From Chrysomallon squamiferum (Eukaryota; Animalia; Mollusca), in the NCBI GenBank assembly GCA_012295275.1, contig CM022665.1:5208001-5272000 (forward strand): 64,000 nucleotides of DNA, written 5' to 3'. The translations under genes and the position numbers were made by a program. The notes beneath the pieces are model-generated. The model saw only the letters and a program-made list of their open reading frames with translations. It searched no databases and had not been told where the DNA came from. Shown here piece by piece: positions 22,114-37,524 of the stretch (positions are counted from its first letter, which is position 1; the number at the start of each line of letters is the position of its first letter).

Positions 22114-25100
22114 TTTCACAAACATTGTACAAGTACAGGAAATATTAATTTCAGTTTTAATTTCATTCATTCCTATTTGTTATAATTGTTTAATTACTGT
22201 TTTATGATACCATGTGTATGCTCAATTGTTTGAAAGAGCCATATTCAAGAGCAGGGTTCATAATCATCAATGCAAGTAATAGTATATTTAGTGTCCTTTG
22301 TTTCACATCAAACAAGCTGACCTTAATTAATATGTTTAGTGTGGAGAATTAATGAAATTATCACAAACCTGACACAGTATTGTGTACTGTTACAGCAGTG
22401 GATTAACTCATTATGACCTGGGTGGGGTGGGGAAGAAAAACTTAAAATAAATATCATATAACTCTTGTGAATATCATTGAATATAGAATAAAACTGAGGA
22501 ATTAAAAGAAAAAAGAAAAAGAAAGTTTTTATTTGTCATATATTATTTATTTAATGATTAGATTAACAAAAGAAAATTACTTCTGTTTGCCTGTACATAA
22601 TCAAGTACTAATTTATTTAATTAGTTCACAAATATGTCCATAATTGCAACTTTAAATATGAAACTAGTTTAAATTTAAAAAGACGATAAAGGAAAATAAA
22701 TAGTAATAATAATAATGGGTAATATAAAATAGAAGTAAGAAATTTAATCTAAAATATTTTTTGATTAAAAAAAAGAAGAAGTTAAAATAAAAATTATTTA
22801 CATGTGAAGAAAAATAATGCAATTTGTCAAAAAGATTTATGCCATTATGTTATAGTTAATAAATTCTGTTACTGCATATTTGATCAAATAAAACAAATTA
22901 GTAATACTGTCTATTGTGTGTTGAAAACTTTAAAAATTCTATTGTAACATGATATAAGTGTAATTTTTGGAACAGCTAAATCACTATGATTTTTGTTTGT
23001 TAGACAACTTAGAGTTTGTAGAACTTAGAATGTATACATATACAGTTTCTGTTTGAATGATATAAATTTTGTTTACAATCCAGTGATGAGGGGCAGATCT
23101 GTTACAAATTAAATGAAGCTTAAGTTTTCAGGGCCCTTAATCCCAGATGGCTCCCAAAAGTGACTTTAGTCCACATTTCTTCAAAATTTTAATATAAATC
23201 TGAGATGTATCTAAATTTATAAAACATATCATGAACACTGCCATAGAAGAAGATATCAGTGATTACCCAGACCTTGTGGCTTGATGCTGTTTTGTGAGGG
23301 GCCCCCAAACTGTTATGCCATTATCCATGGCATATATATATTCATATGAAGGAGTGATGTGAATAAAATAATAGCCCATCTGTACTAAACTTTGCCTTAC
23401 ATTGAATTTACAACATAGTTCTAAGTTACCTTCATTTTTTTTTCACTTGGAAGTTGGAAGTATTGGTATATTTTGTCCAATGATAACATTACCAGATTTA
23501 AGGATCAGCCTGCAGACTTCCATCATATTTATTAATAATCATTGTGGAAAATAAATTTAAAAAAAAGATTTTAGTTTACATCTGTTACATATAGTTGTAT
23601 AAACACAAAGGACTGAATAAATACATGACAAACAAAACAACATGTTAAAAATAATACTGCCAGTGTTTCCAGTTTCATCTTTTTCAGGCTCAAAGAAACT
23701 TTAATAGGCCTTCTTTGTTTCTCTGTGAGTGTCAGTGGAATTTTTTAATGACAGTAAACACACACCTCCTCCTTATGCTATTCATTAACTACTACAGAAT
23801 TTATGTCTATGAGTGAATACTGTAGAGTCAGCTGCATAGCATTAATTGGTCTTGCGGAAGGACATCATGTGACCAGCTGTACAAAGCTGCAAGAAAGCAT
23901 TGTTTTACTGTTGTGATTAGAGGTACAAATTAAATTAATTGAGAAAAACATGATAAGTGACTGAATGATACTTATACAGTAAAGACAACAATTTACAAAC
24001 CTATGCAAACAGGGGTTGAAGACTCAAGGTTGCAAGTAATTGTAAACAAATACAAGAACAAAACTTTGGTTTAAGTAATTTTACCACTTACGTTACGAGT
24101 CTGTATGAAATATTTTCTTAAAGGAACAGTTTTATTAGAAAGTGAATATTGATGCATGCATGAGAGTGGTTAATACTTGTGACATCAGCTTGGTAATGTC
24201 TTACTGTCTCATTTCATCTTCAGAAACCCTCACTTCTCAAAGTTTCTCACTTTGCCTTAATGTGTACAGAACAGTATCTTGGACATGATGTGTCAAATTT
24301 TCAGTCTTATCCTGACTTGAGCAGCTATTCGTACTAGTGTTACTTGACACTGTAAATTTACAGATCTCTTCTAGTTTTTAGTGTGTAAAATAACACTCCA
24401 TACCCACTCTCTGAGGCCGCCTACAAGTTCTGTTTACCCATAAATGTAATTTGAACATATTAAACACATGCAGTATGGCCATTCATCCAGGTCATGAAGA
24501 AAATGTATTACTTTTGAAAATGTAGAGGATGCAAAGCATATCTGATCAGATAAAATGACTCATCAACTTCAGTAGAGTGAGCTCAGTTTTAACTTGTTGC
24601 TGACATGGGACACCTTATTTCATACACTGATACAGATTTCCGGCTTATATTTCATCAATATATGTTTGATACTTACATTTAGACATTCATTTTAACAATT
24701 TTGGTAAACTTTCATGAGCATAATATGCACATACATTATCACACACACACACAAGACATAGATTATGTACAGACACACACACATTTCTATTTGTCCAGAT
24801 ATGCCCTAACTTTCTTAATTAAATATCATTGATTGGTATGTTAAATGGCAGAGAAATTCCATTTCCTTTGACCGTCCATTTGATAGTTGAATAGAGAAAC
24901 TTATAACTTACGTTTGTCAGTGAAAACATTACATTATGATTATTGAATGTAAGTAAAACTGAAGTTTAGTATCATACTGTACAAGATGATATTTTAATAT
25001 AAAATGTTGTTAGCATTACATAAAATCTCATATATTGATCTATTGATATTCCAGTTGAATTTTCTTCATTTATGCTAATTTTTGTATCAAATTGCTTTTT

Positions 25101-25475
25101 TCAGTTTTATTAATTAACCTCACTATTAGCAAACTGGTTATGACAAGAAATAAAAATAATAGAAACAAAGCTGAATCTAATAATAAGGTTACCAAAAGAA
25201 ACAAATTAACAGAATGTGTGAAATATTTATTTAAGCCTATGACATATTAAGACTATGATAAAAAAAAAACCAAAACCCACATACACAGAGCAGGTTAATT
25301 TTAAATTATTTTTAAAACAACAGTGAACAAAATACCATACTTTTTAATATATTTGTATTAACTGAAACATCACTGTCTTGTTTAATAAAAGGCCTTTTTT
25401 CTGGTATGTAATTTTATTCAGCAGTTTTACTCAGAAATATATTAAATGTGTGCTTCTGAGATGGGATTAACGTGG

Positions 25476-25506
<31 letters not shown>

Positions 25507-28029
25507 CATCACAAAGTAAAAAGATCTGAAGAACTGGGTTCATTTGTTAGCACACAGTCTCAAGTGTAGTGGAAGTGATCAGCTTTTATTAGGTACAGTT
25601 CATTTTTCTTTTACGCTTGAGAACAATGTTTATGTGGCTCTGACCCTCAAGACATTGCTGACACACAGATATTGACTGGTGTGAGTTTTGTAATTTATTA
25701 AAGATTTCGGAACATCAATGCAAAACAAGTCTGGACCCGATGCTGCATAATCTCATTAAATGTATGTACTGACAGGTAAAGCAATCAAGCTCTCTGTCAC
25801 TTTGACAGCTTGTGTTTGCCCATATCTTTAACCCACCCATGAAAAAGTACCCACATAGCACTTTGTTAGTGATTTGGTGTAAATCAAATAGTATTTTTTT
25901 TTTATTCTTCTTTATCACTATGCCAGAGTACAAATACTTTCATTTTTCACCTGGAAAATAATACCTTTTAGATAGCTTTTATCACTGTGCTACACAAATG
26001 TGTCTATATTTGTTTTCATTTATTTAATTTATTTTATTTTTTATTTGTTCTTCTGGAGTGCTGAATTTGTAATGGTATGCCTTTAGCTTGTTTTTTGTTT
26101 GTTAATAATGCAATATTAATTTTGTTTTGAGAATATATTTTTTATCTGTACTGAAATTCTTTGTATGCAGTATTACGTGATATGGTGATCCAGTGTGGTG
26201 TGTTTAAACATTCATATGTATTCTTGTTCAGTTAATTATTTTAAGCATTACTCACATGATAAGTAATTTATATACCTCTTTTAGCATATTACGTAACAGT
26301 AAAACAATTCAGACTGTGAAAAAAAATATGTATATTTATTTGTTATGGGTAAAAGTATGGGGTAAGCCAGGAATATCACCATAACATTTTGTGTAAACCT
26401 CTATCATATATATATATATGCATGATTTTTTTAAATTTGAAAATCTGTTTTATAAATTTCTCCCTCCAGATACAGAAAACAAGCACCAACAAGAAACTCA
26501 TAATCATATTTTGTCTTTAAAAAAAAAGTAACAAATATAATAAATAATTAAAGGTACTCAAGGTGAACCAGTTCACAGTGATTTATTTCATATTCTGTTT
26601 TTTCTTTTCTTTTCTTATGAAAACAAGAATATAAACATTAAAATATAAATGATACATAAGAACATAAATAAGAATATAAATGATAAAATAGTTATTTGAT
26701 ACTGCATATTGGCATTTGCTGTATCAAAAAACCAACAAAAAAACCCAACAACACAAATATATATAATATATATAGTAATAATAATAATAAAAACCAACAA
26801 CAAAAGTACAAAACTCACCAGAGTTGTTAACATACCAGTTGTTATATATTTATAATATGCCATATGACATTACTAGTTGTTTGTTTTGGGTATATCAATA
26901 AAGACATTCACCGTGAACCAAACAAACAATACACAGTTCCAGTCTTGTGCGCTGGATAAAAAACCGTGAGTGTTCAGATAGATCAACTACTGGGATTGTC
27001 ACATTGTTAGTCAGGAAAGGAGGACAATAGAAATTTCAGGATCATTTCCAGTTTTTCTGTCGACACTGATCAGCAACAGTTTAATAAATCAATTATTGCC
27101 TATCATCTCACCTTGGCGTCACAAGGACACAATGCTGATTTTCAAACTGTGGTATGGACGCAAAGTATAATAATGATACAGATGTACATGGATTTCTGTG
27201 ATTATTAAATATCATGGTTGGTATTTCTCTATTTCATTACACACATGCATGCACACATATCAATACATATAAAATATATTTTTTTTTATGGTTAGATTGA
27301 TGTTAACATTATTAAATATAATGTTTAAAATATTTTTTGGTGGTTAGATTGATTTAGAAGTATATAATATGTATACATGCATGCATACAAACACACACAC
27401 ACACACACACACACATGTATAATAAAAATGTACACATAAATACATACGTTATAAAATTGGAAATAAGCAAATGTATTTCAGTCCATTATAATATTGTATC
27501 ATAATATTTAGTAAATGTATTAAAAAAACAAAAACAAAAAAAAATAAACTCTCCTGAGATTGCTTTACATACCATACATTGTGTTAAATAATTTATACAG
27601 TATTGTTTATTGAAATAAAATACAGCACACAAATACGATGCCATAAATTTCAAACCTGTTAAATGAAGAGTTAAATATTTAACAGGTTTACCACTAATGT
27701 GTAATTATTATTCACCTGTTTGTTTTCTTTACATTACCAGATTACTCATTCGTTGCTGGTTTTTTAAAATTTCTTGTCAGCATGTGACAGAATTTATGGT
27801 TTTATGCAAAAAAGGGTGTTCTGCACATTTTTCATAATTACTGTGCCTTATTTGTTTCTTCTTTTTTTTTTTTTAAAGTGAATAATGAATTAAAAAATAA
27901 ATAAAAATAAAAATAAAATACAGAGAAATTGTTATGGACATATTAAGTTAGATAGGAAAAGAGAGAGTGAGAGCCATTTGGAGTTATTAATTTATCCTTA
28001 TTTATTATATTTTTTATCTATCTAAGTTA

Positions 28030-28071
<42 letters not shown>

Positions 28072-30030
28072 AACATGTATTACATATTTGCATGTTACCA
28101 CATCAGCACCTAGTACTTGGTGTTTTCTACTATTACATATAAAATCAGCAGCATATTGTGTTGTTTTTTCTGTCTCAGGATGTGAATACACCTAGAATAT
28201 ATGCCCCTGATATCTACATGCGTATTTATTATTATTATTAATAATTTTTTTCCTTTCTTTTCAATTTTTTTTAGTTAAAATACTTTGTTTAAAACAGACT
28301 TTTATTGGTATCAAATTATGTAACTGATAAGCCAGTGTCAAACTTGACTAACTAACTAGACTGCAGCATTAAATCACAGGGACATAAGGCTGTTGTTACA
28401 CCTAACTTTATAATAATACTGATATATCGGTAAGATGTGTGGTATATAGCCTAGGGTCAACAGCTCACATGATTGGCATAACTGATTATAAATGCTTATT
28501 ATTATTATTATTTTTAATAGATTGTGTTCACACACCAGAATTCTTTGCTATTCTAATCTGCATGACATACATGTGCTTGAGTAATGTTCAACAGCATTTT
28601 ATAAATCAGAAAGCATAAAAGAGCTGCCCTTGAGGGTAGACGCTCAGTTATAATCACTGTCAGAGATTGCTGTTTAAACAGTGAATTATTCCGGTGATCT
28701 GTGAGCGTACATACACTCGAATGTATTAACTTCATTTGCTGTATTTATCGCTTTATCCTATTTGCATTAGAAATGCAAATCATTTGAATAATAAAGTTCT
28801 TGAAAGATTTCTAAATAAAGGTGTAATTCCTGAGCACTTGAGAGTCATTCAGTTGGAACGAGATTTCATTGAAATGGTATATTAAAAGGTCCAACATTCT
28901 GTTTTTTTTTTTTTTTTTTTTTTTTTGAGTATTGAGGATAAATTTTAATATATCAGTTTTGATTGAACTACTGACAGAACCTGAAAGTGCTCTGTGTTGT
29001 ATAACAGTTATGATATTTAAAAAAAATAAAATAACAAACAAAAAAGATCTTAAAGGCCAACTATGTGAAGCTTGTAATGGCGTGGCACCATTGATTAAGT
29101 ATGTAGAGGTTACAGTACATGTATGGACTTGTTATTATCAGCTTGCTAGTATATTTCAAAATGACAAAAACAGACTGTGAGAATTTGAAAGGTGTTTCAA
29201 CTGATTTAACCAGGATGGTATATCATATTTTACTTTAAATATTTTCGGATGTCAATTTTGGAGTCTAGAAAAGCTGTTGTGTATCAAAATACATTTTTTA
29301 TTTCCTTTTTTTTTTAAAATAGTGATTGGCAGTGAACAGATTGTAAGAATTAAGGATGGGCATTTTTACTGCAGTATTTATTATTTCAGTATAACAGCAT
29401 AGGACATGTTATACTGAAAACTTATTTTCATTGAAATTTTTGGGATTACCAAAAGCTGTGTAAAAAAAAAACAACAACAAACAAAAACATCTATGAAACA
29501 TGACAAACATGTTAGAAAAGGTAAGCAAGAAAATGAAGCCAAGTGGCAGTATAATGCATTTTAGTCTTTTTTAACATAGTGAAACATTCACATATTTTGC
29601 AATGGGATACTCTATTATTAACATTAATGGTGAAACTATATTGACAGTGGATATTGTCGAGGCATATTTATAACTGCTGTAATCTCCATAACACTACTGA
29701 TTCATGGGAAATTGTAGGAGAAGAGGTCATATATTCAGTTAAATTCGTGTAGTGTTATTTTTTTTGTTATTTTTTAAAATGTTTTTAACTTTAAAACAAA
29801 AAAGTTTAAAGTTGTTTTGTAATGGATTCATAAATAAATGAATTGACAAAAACATCTCACTTAACACTGGAAGATATTATTAGTAGGAATATACCATTTT
29901 GTTCTGAAAAGTGATTATTCAATATATTTGTATGCATGGCTGTTTGTAGATTCATAGACAGATTAAATGGATTTATTATTATTATTATTATTCGAAAACA
30001 ATTATTCTTTTTTTTAATATACACACATTT

Positions 30031-30072
<42 letters not shown>

Positions 30073-33000
30073 ACAATGCAAGCACACTAAATTATAACAT
30101 TTGTGCTAGTGGTTATTTTAAAAGTTTTATTCTAGGATGTACTAACAGAAGATTTTAGTTCAGGCCTGCAGGACAATGCAATTAGTTTAACACAGTACCA
30201 AGAATGTCCCCCACACAGACCTTTCATCAACACAGAATTTAGAAGATCACCTGCAAAATCCATTTCTTCATTCCCAGTCAACAACAGAGATGGTAGGTAG
30301 CTTGCTTGTAAATAAAAAAGTACATTTTCATGTCTAAACAAACAATTAAATGTACAAAAAAAAAAGAAAGAAAAAGAGTGATAAGAAAACCCCCCCCAAA
30401 CAAAATCAAGCCTTGATATCATCTTGCCTTCTTAGAAGTATAATTACCCTATTAATTGTAAACCTATAGGTATTGAATACAATACATTTTTTGATAAATA
30501 GTCAGAACTGCCAAATCTTAATTCCTAATCTTGTTATGTATCTTCTCATAAAAATCCAAAAATCTGTTAGTATTACTATATTACAAATATTCAATTTATA
30601 TTCAGAAGATATTGGGCACAAGTCCATATTTATTTTCTAGATTCATTTGTATCATTTTAAATCACAATCAGTTTATTAAACCTAAAACGGTAAATTGTTT
30701 AAATGTTATTTTCATTTAAGATGTGTGGATTTAATTATTTAGCAATAAACTATGAAAAGACACGTTTCTGAAATTGCAGTATTTGGTGAAATGGTTCAGA
30801 GTTTCAGTTAACAGTCCAAAATATAAAAATTATTGAATGTTTAACAGTATACAACACACTTGATTAATATTCATTTTAACTACCAATAACATATTTCTTG
30901 TATAATGATATGAGAAAGGAAACTTCCCAACTCTTAGTGGACTGTTACTATCATTAGTATCAAAGAATATTTGACAGACACCTTTCTATAGAAATAAAGA
31001 AAAATATACCACAGTTTATATAATTTTAATAAATCAGAGTTGCTGAACTGATTGGAATGGGAAATGGCCCAGTGATAGCTCTTAGCAAAATCAAAGCTGT
31101 GACCAAGTATGCCTTTGAACTGTTGTCTAATATTGAATAAAATATGATCTTCAGAATGTATAAATATTTTCACTAGGAACAATGTTTTTACAGTTTGCAT
31201 GAAACAGAAGCATTTTTTTTATTTCAGCTGTTGTTGATGCTCTAAAGAACTTGCAAGAGAAAGTGAAAAGGTTAGAGCTGGAGAGATCTACAGCCGAAGA
31301 CAGCTTGAAATCTCTAGCCTCCCAGACGAGCAAATACAAAGATACTCTGTTAAAAGAAAAAGAAATACAAGAATCGTCACAAGATGCAATATGCAGACAG
31401 AAACATGGTTGTTATTTATTTTTTAATTTGGGGCTGGGGGTTGTTACAGATTTTCAGTGGTTTTAACATATTATGATACACTAGAATTGAACAGAACTTG
31501 GTTAAATTAAGTATGATGCACATGAATTTGACCTTTCAGACATCTTGTCAGCATCAGTGTGTACATGATTCTAAAACTAACTTGATTTCTTTGTGTTTAA
31601 ACACTCTTATTCTTGTTTTATTTAAATATCATCATGTTTTCAACTTCAAGTCATTGTTGTGTGTCTGTCACTTTGCAGAAGTTGAATCTCAATTGGCATC
31701 TGCTGAAGCCAGATGTACTTTGCTTCAAAAGCAGCTTGACTACATGAAAAAGATGCTGGAAAACTCAGAGAGAGATAGACAGGACACTGCTCTCAGAACA
31801 GTTATGGTGGAAAGGCAAAGACACAACACAGTTTTACCAGACCCCCATCTCAGTCGAATTGCAGAACTCGAAAGAGAACGTGTTAAACTGGCAACAACTC
31901 AAAGCTTAGCAGAGGTAAATAACTTTTTAAGGCATTTTGGATTTTTGTTCTCTCAGCAGGTTGTTTACTTTAATGGAAATATGAAACCTAAAAAAACTAA
32001 AAATATTGCAGAAATCAGAGGTAATTATTACTAATTACAGAATATTCATGATACTTTAGTATGATTTTGTATTAAGAATTATCTCTAAACGTATATGTTT
32101 CTGAAAAAAAATCCCCCCCCAAAAAAAATCCTCAAAAACCCAGCCACAAGGGCTCATTAACAGGAGAAAATATTTTATTACCATGTCACAGATAGGAATT
32201 ACCTTTGTTAGGTAAACATAGGGAACCAGTTAGAACCGAAAATAACTCTAAGGACACAGAAAAAATATTTATTTAATTCTGTTTTTAATGCTGGAGAATT
32301 ATTAATGTAATTTGACAGTTATCATTGTTTACTTCAACAGGTTCACTTTCTGTTCTGAGTGTTAAAAACTTAATCATGTATTTGAAATTTTGTCAATGAC
32401 TAACATCTGTTGTAAATGTTATTTTGATCAGAAAAGGTACACAAAGAAACTAAAGCTTGTCATACATAATGAGGTGAAGCAGGTATTGTGTTGTTGTTTA
32501 GCATTTGTCACAATGTGTGCTTCTCTCACTGCATCAAATAACACATCACAGGAGTTTTTAGTCTGATACAGCATACTGCCGTTAAGATTGTCCTAGGCAC
32601 AGATTAACTTTAGTTTGAATTATTTTTGTTCACCTTTGTTCACTAATCATCTCTTCTTAATTACTTAAATACAAGTTAATGTTTTCACTAAATAATTTGA
32701 TTTGAATTATATAAAAAAAAAAAATCGAAATATAACAGAAAAAAATATATAAATGAGAAATTTGAATTTATGTATGTATCCTTTAAATAAAATATGAAAT
32801 ATAAATGTCTAATAAAATGAAAAATATACAAATAAGAATTACAAATTTACGTTTCTGTTAAAATGGACAGAAAAAAATAATAATGAAAAAGACCAAACAA
32901 AGCTAGACTAGAATTCAAATTTGCATGTATTATTTAGCATTATCTAACTATATAACATTACAGACATTTACATGTATGAATACTAAAAGACTACATTATT

Positions 33001-36000
33001 ATAAAGCAAAACTATTTTAAATTGTACTGTGAAATTAATGATATATTGTCACAGGAAATATTTTATGGTTTTTGCAGGTGGCACATGTGTTTTTTCTTCA
33101 TTCAGTTTTGTAATAGTCACGTAGTGTATGTGTTTTAAAGAAAGTAAGATGTTTTTGATTTCAGAACAAAATACGAGAACTAGAAAACAAATTAAGAGAA
33201 GAAAGAAGAAATAGACAGTATGTCCAGAAGAGGGCTGCTGAAGTATGTCTTTATTTCAAATTCTTTTTCATGGTTATTAGTGAATTAAAACATTTACCTC
33301 TTTGTATTTTTTTGCTAATTATTTTTAAGTTATTGACTGAGTATTTATTTGACTGGACCATGACACATTATTGTTGTTATTATTATTAGATTAATATGTT
33401 ATTACATTTTTTTGAAGTTTGTTGCTTATGGGAGAAAAGCTCTCACATAAATCTGTTATTTTTTGGTCACATTAATATTTACATTTTATAATTATTCCAG
33501 TATCTGATATTTATGTATATGCTTTTGTGTTACTGTATATTTCCTTTTCTTTTCTTTTTTGTTTTCTTTAATTTGAAATGAAACCGTATGAAAGGCATCA
33601 ACTACTTTTTATTTTAATAATTTTTTAGTCATTATTTTAATTTAGTTACCTTTGTCTTTATATTTTCAGTTGGAAACTTTAACAGCAGCTAACAGAATCC
33701 TTTCAAATGGGGAAATCCCATGTAGATTACCAGAAAAGTCCAGAAAAGTTGTGAAAAAGAAAAAGAAAAAAATAGTTTCATCCAAGAAATTTCCTTACAA
33801 CAACAGAAAAGTGGAACCACCCAAGCATTTTCGAGTTAATCTTGCAGAAATTCCATTTGTTGCTGGCACGGTAAGAAAGATGAAAAACAATTATTGCTTT
33901 CTTCAGTATTTGCAGATGAAAAGTGTTATTTGTAATACCTTATATTATTATACCTGATTTTTCTGTTATCTGCATTTTGTAATAGTAAAAGTTATTATTA
34001 GACTTTCAGATAATGTTAATTTTGACATCACTATCCATTAATTTATAATTGCTTTTTAATATAAGTATATTTAGAATATACAAACTAAGTTATGATAATA
34101 TAGCTTATATTTATTTTGATTACTTCAGTTTGTTTTGTTTCTGACATTCAGTCCTTGCTAACCTGTGTCATACTGACATAGTAGCACACATTTTTGAGGA
34201 TGCCTGAAAATGTATATTTTATCTGTTTAAAAATTAGATTGCTGTGATATTCCAATTATTTTATTTACTTGTAATTCACAATAATTAACTTGTAAGACAG
34301 TATTTTGGTAAAACAGACATTTAAATACAAATATTAAAATCGAAAAGGAGCTATAGCTTCATTAAATCATTTACTCATTCATTTTTTGTAACATCGGTTT
34401 TAACTTTAGTGAGAATGCTTTGTACCATAATTTGTCAGTGAAACAAAAAACATTCACTACCTTCTAAAACAATTTTCGGTTTCTGAAACAATTATTATTT
34501 ATTTCAGTCAACATCTGCCAGCCATGCTGTTGGTGCTAACGTTCAGAAAGTCATTGCTTTGATGAAGACTCACAACTTGGCTCTGTGTTCATCGTTAACA
34601 GACAACCACCACGACAATGCCAGGTCAGGCAGCAGCATGTCCTCAGATTCCAGCAGCACCAGCTTCGACTGCGACTTGTCTGATCTCCTCCTTCAGCTGC
34701 AGGATGAGTTTGGACAACTCAGTGTGTGAGTAACTTTGCGAGAAATCTCTTATTTACCTGCACACTGATGTCATGAATCAGTTGTTGTGACATTTCATAG
34801 AAAGGTTAAGGATCGTGCAGAGTGTATAGACCCTGTCATAATAACTTAAAAAATTTAATTGTTTATTATACTTCATTTTATTTAGGTATTGTAGTCTTTA
34901 CAGAATTATCCATAATAAAGAAATTCGATGTACTGTTTTTCAATTTCACTTGATATAATTAAACCAAAATTTCTTTAAAATACTACAATTCATATCATAT
35001 CTGTGTTGCAGTTTTTACAAAATTATCCGTAATAAAGAAATTTGATGTACTGTTTTACTTTTCGATATGATATAATGGAACCTGTCAGTGATATAATTAA
35101 AAATTCTATATCTTGGATAGTTCAGAGACATTTTTAAATTAGTTCTTATAGTGTGTGTTTCCTAATAATATAGAGTATGGAGCTAAATGTACAGGTGGGA
35201 TACATTGGTGTTAACGTGAATCATTTTATAAATATAAATGTGGAAAAATCCTGGCTCATTTTAATGGCAATAGTTTTTTTTTTTTTTTTTTTTCAAAACT
35301 GCAGTGAGCATCAGGAATTGGTGAACCAGATAAATGAATGCCAGGATTTCCAGTTGAGAGAAGACTTGGAGAGAGAACTCCAGTCTATAGTATACAAACT
35401 AGAAACTAAAGGACTACAGATATCAAAAATTAGACAACATCAACAAAAAGTTAGTCACAGAAATTGTTTTCTGAGAAACATTTTAGTTTGTAATGAACAG
35501 ATTATGTCAACTATACTGAAACTTTAACATCTAGCAATCTAACTCAATGCAGCTTACCATTATTAAAATACCAGTTGTAAAACCTTAGGCAAAATGAAAT
35601 GTGTTTCCTTCAGACTGAACATTTCTATTTTTTTGTGCAACTGTAGACTGATCATTAAACATCATATTTAAAAAAAAAAAAAAGAGATGAGAAACCCAAC
35701 ACAACAACCACAAACATATAAGCAAAAAATTAAAAATTAAAAATAAATACATTATTACAACAATAAAGTTTGAAAGTTAACAAGACCTTCTATAAAATGT
35801 GATGATATTTCCCAACATTTTTGTACTGCAATTTATTTTAATAGTTTAACAAAAATCTTAATTTTATTTTTTCCCCCATTTTCTTTCCGTCTTTTTCAAT
35901 ATCAGACACTCCTGTAAATTATAGTGAAATTTTATTTGTCCCGACAGTTGCAGAATTTGAAGTGCAAGAAGAAGAAGTCGAACAAATGTGTTTCCCGCCA

Positions 36001-36184
36001 CAAGTCACCAGAGAGACCAAAGTCAGGACACGCCTGTCTTTCCTCGGGGAGGAGAACAGAAGAGTCACATCAGACACGATCGTCAAGTAACGAGCGAAGC
36101 AGCACAGCTCGTGCACTGGACGTTCTGAAAGACATGAAAAAATTACAAACCACTCTCCGAAGAGACGACATCAACTGGGAATAA
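21544..36184 (+). CDS. CEP57: Centrosomal protein 57 (translokin) family, ~486 aa
   Basis: Exons 21544-21552 (ATGAATTCG|gtaagt, putative), 30136-30292, 31228-31407, 31679-31914, 33165-33242, 33670-33870, 34508-34725, 35305-35449, 35948-36184, all in phase. Motifs PFINTEFRRSP, ALKNLQEKVKRLELER, AEARCTLLQKQLDYM, IPFVAGTSTSASHAVGANVQ, LQDEFGQLS, LKDMKKLQ. The first exon is less certain than the rest. Confidence 0.92.
22037..22112. repeat. (TTA)n microsatellite
   Basis: Directly visible; explains the poly-Ile ORF. Confidence 0.95.
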
Positions 36185-37470
36185 AACAGAATTACCTCTT
36201 TATCTGTGATATTAGCAGTCTTAGTTAGAAATATTGTATTTATTTTTTACAAAGTTTTGAAGTCAACTCGGCTCAGAATCACGTTTGTTTGTTTGTTTTT
36301 GTTGTTGGTGTTCTTCCACGTTTTTATTCCTCTGATCATCGTGTAATTTTTCGTTACAACAACACTTTTATTTTATTTTTAAATTTTAATGTATGATCAG
36401 TGCTGTTGGAAGATCTGGAAGGAGAAGCAGTGTTTGATGCATTTAATGTTCGATAGGTAGTTTTAATAAAACGTCAGTAGATAGGTGAAGTGAATCTTAA
36501 TACATTATCAAACTTTTATAAAGTAAAGAAACCGATTATTACATTCAGAAATATTTTTGATATTAAAGTGTCTACGTTTATATTCATTTACAATTCATCA
36601 CAGAATGAATAATTTAATACAATTTAATTTTGAAAAAAGTAGGCCAGAATGAAATAATGATTTCAAATCATTGAGAGTAAATATTAAAATATTTATTAGA
36701 ATTCAGCAAAATGCATTATTTTATTACATACAAACAGATAAAATGGATATTTTTAATTAATAGAATGAACTAAAGTAAAAATGTTCACTATAAACAGAAA
36801 AAAACAACCACAAAAAAATAAAATGAAATAAAAATGAAAAAAAAGTACATGCAGTAAGAATATAGATATTTTGATTACATAAATTTCCTTTGTTTTACTT
36901 GAATCAAGAAGTTTTATATTATAGTCTGGTATTTTAAACCCAGAAATTGTTTTTTAAAATTATGTTTTATGTTTTAAATTTCACAACATATCTGTGTAAA
37001 ATACAACGACATTGTCACATATTTTATAATGTAATTTTAAATAAAAAAAAAATAGGCTGGTATCAAAAGTATGATAGCAGGCTAGGATTCAACTTAATTT
37101 TTCTTATTTCATAAACAAGTGCTATTTGAACCTATTTGAACCTATATCAGGCACATTGAAGAAGATAAAATATTTCATTTATATCAGTGTAAAACGTAAT
37201 AAAAATAAAATATTAATGTTTTGGTTTTTATTCTATATAATTAATTTATTTTTATTTTTTAAATGAAGAGTGCTCATAATTATGGACCACAAACTCAAGA
37301 TTTTTTTTTTTTTTTTTTTCTTTGATATAATTATTTCACTTATTAGTTATTAAAATTAATTTCAAATCCTTCTGGAAGAAAAAACCAGGTTCATTCTTTC
37401 ATCTTTTTTATTTTTTCAGACCTTTCATATTTTCCTATTTGAATGTTTTAGTTTAAACATTCTTTTTTGA

Positions 37471-37523
<53 letters not shown>
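37471..37523. repeat. (TTA)n microsatellite (shorter in the right copy, ~52512-52533)
   Basis: Directly visible. Confidence 0.9.

Positions 37524-37524
<1 letters not shown>

Noticed and set aside
27652-27689. 13-bp inverted repeat aaacctgttaaat...atttaacaggttt
   Set aside because: Short and AT-rich, too small for a pre-miRNA, compatible with chance
32776-32784. GTATCCTTT U12-type 5' splice-site consensus
   Set aside because: Lies mid-intron with no adjoining exon; all spliced introns are explained as ordinary GT-AG
34890-35060. Two ~45-bp direct repeats with a spacer (similar cases at 6230-6390 and 19757-19800)
   Set aside because: Only two units, local intronic duplications; not CRISPR-like (eukaryotic context, no cas genes)
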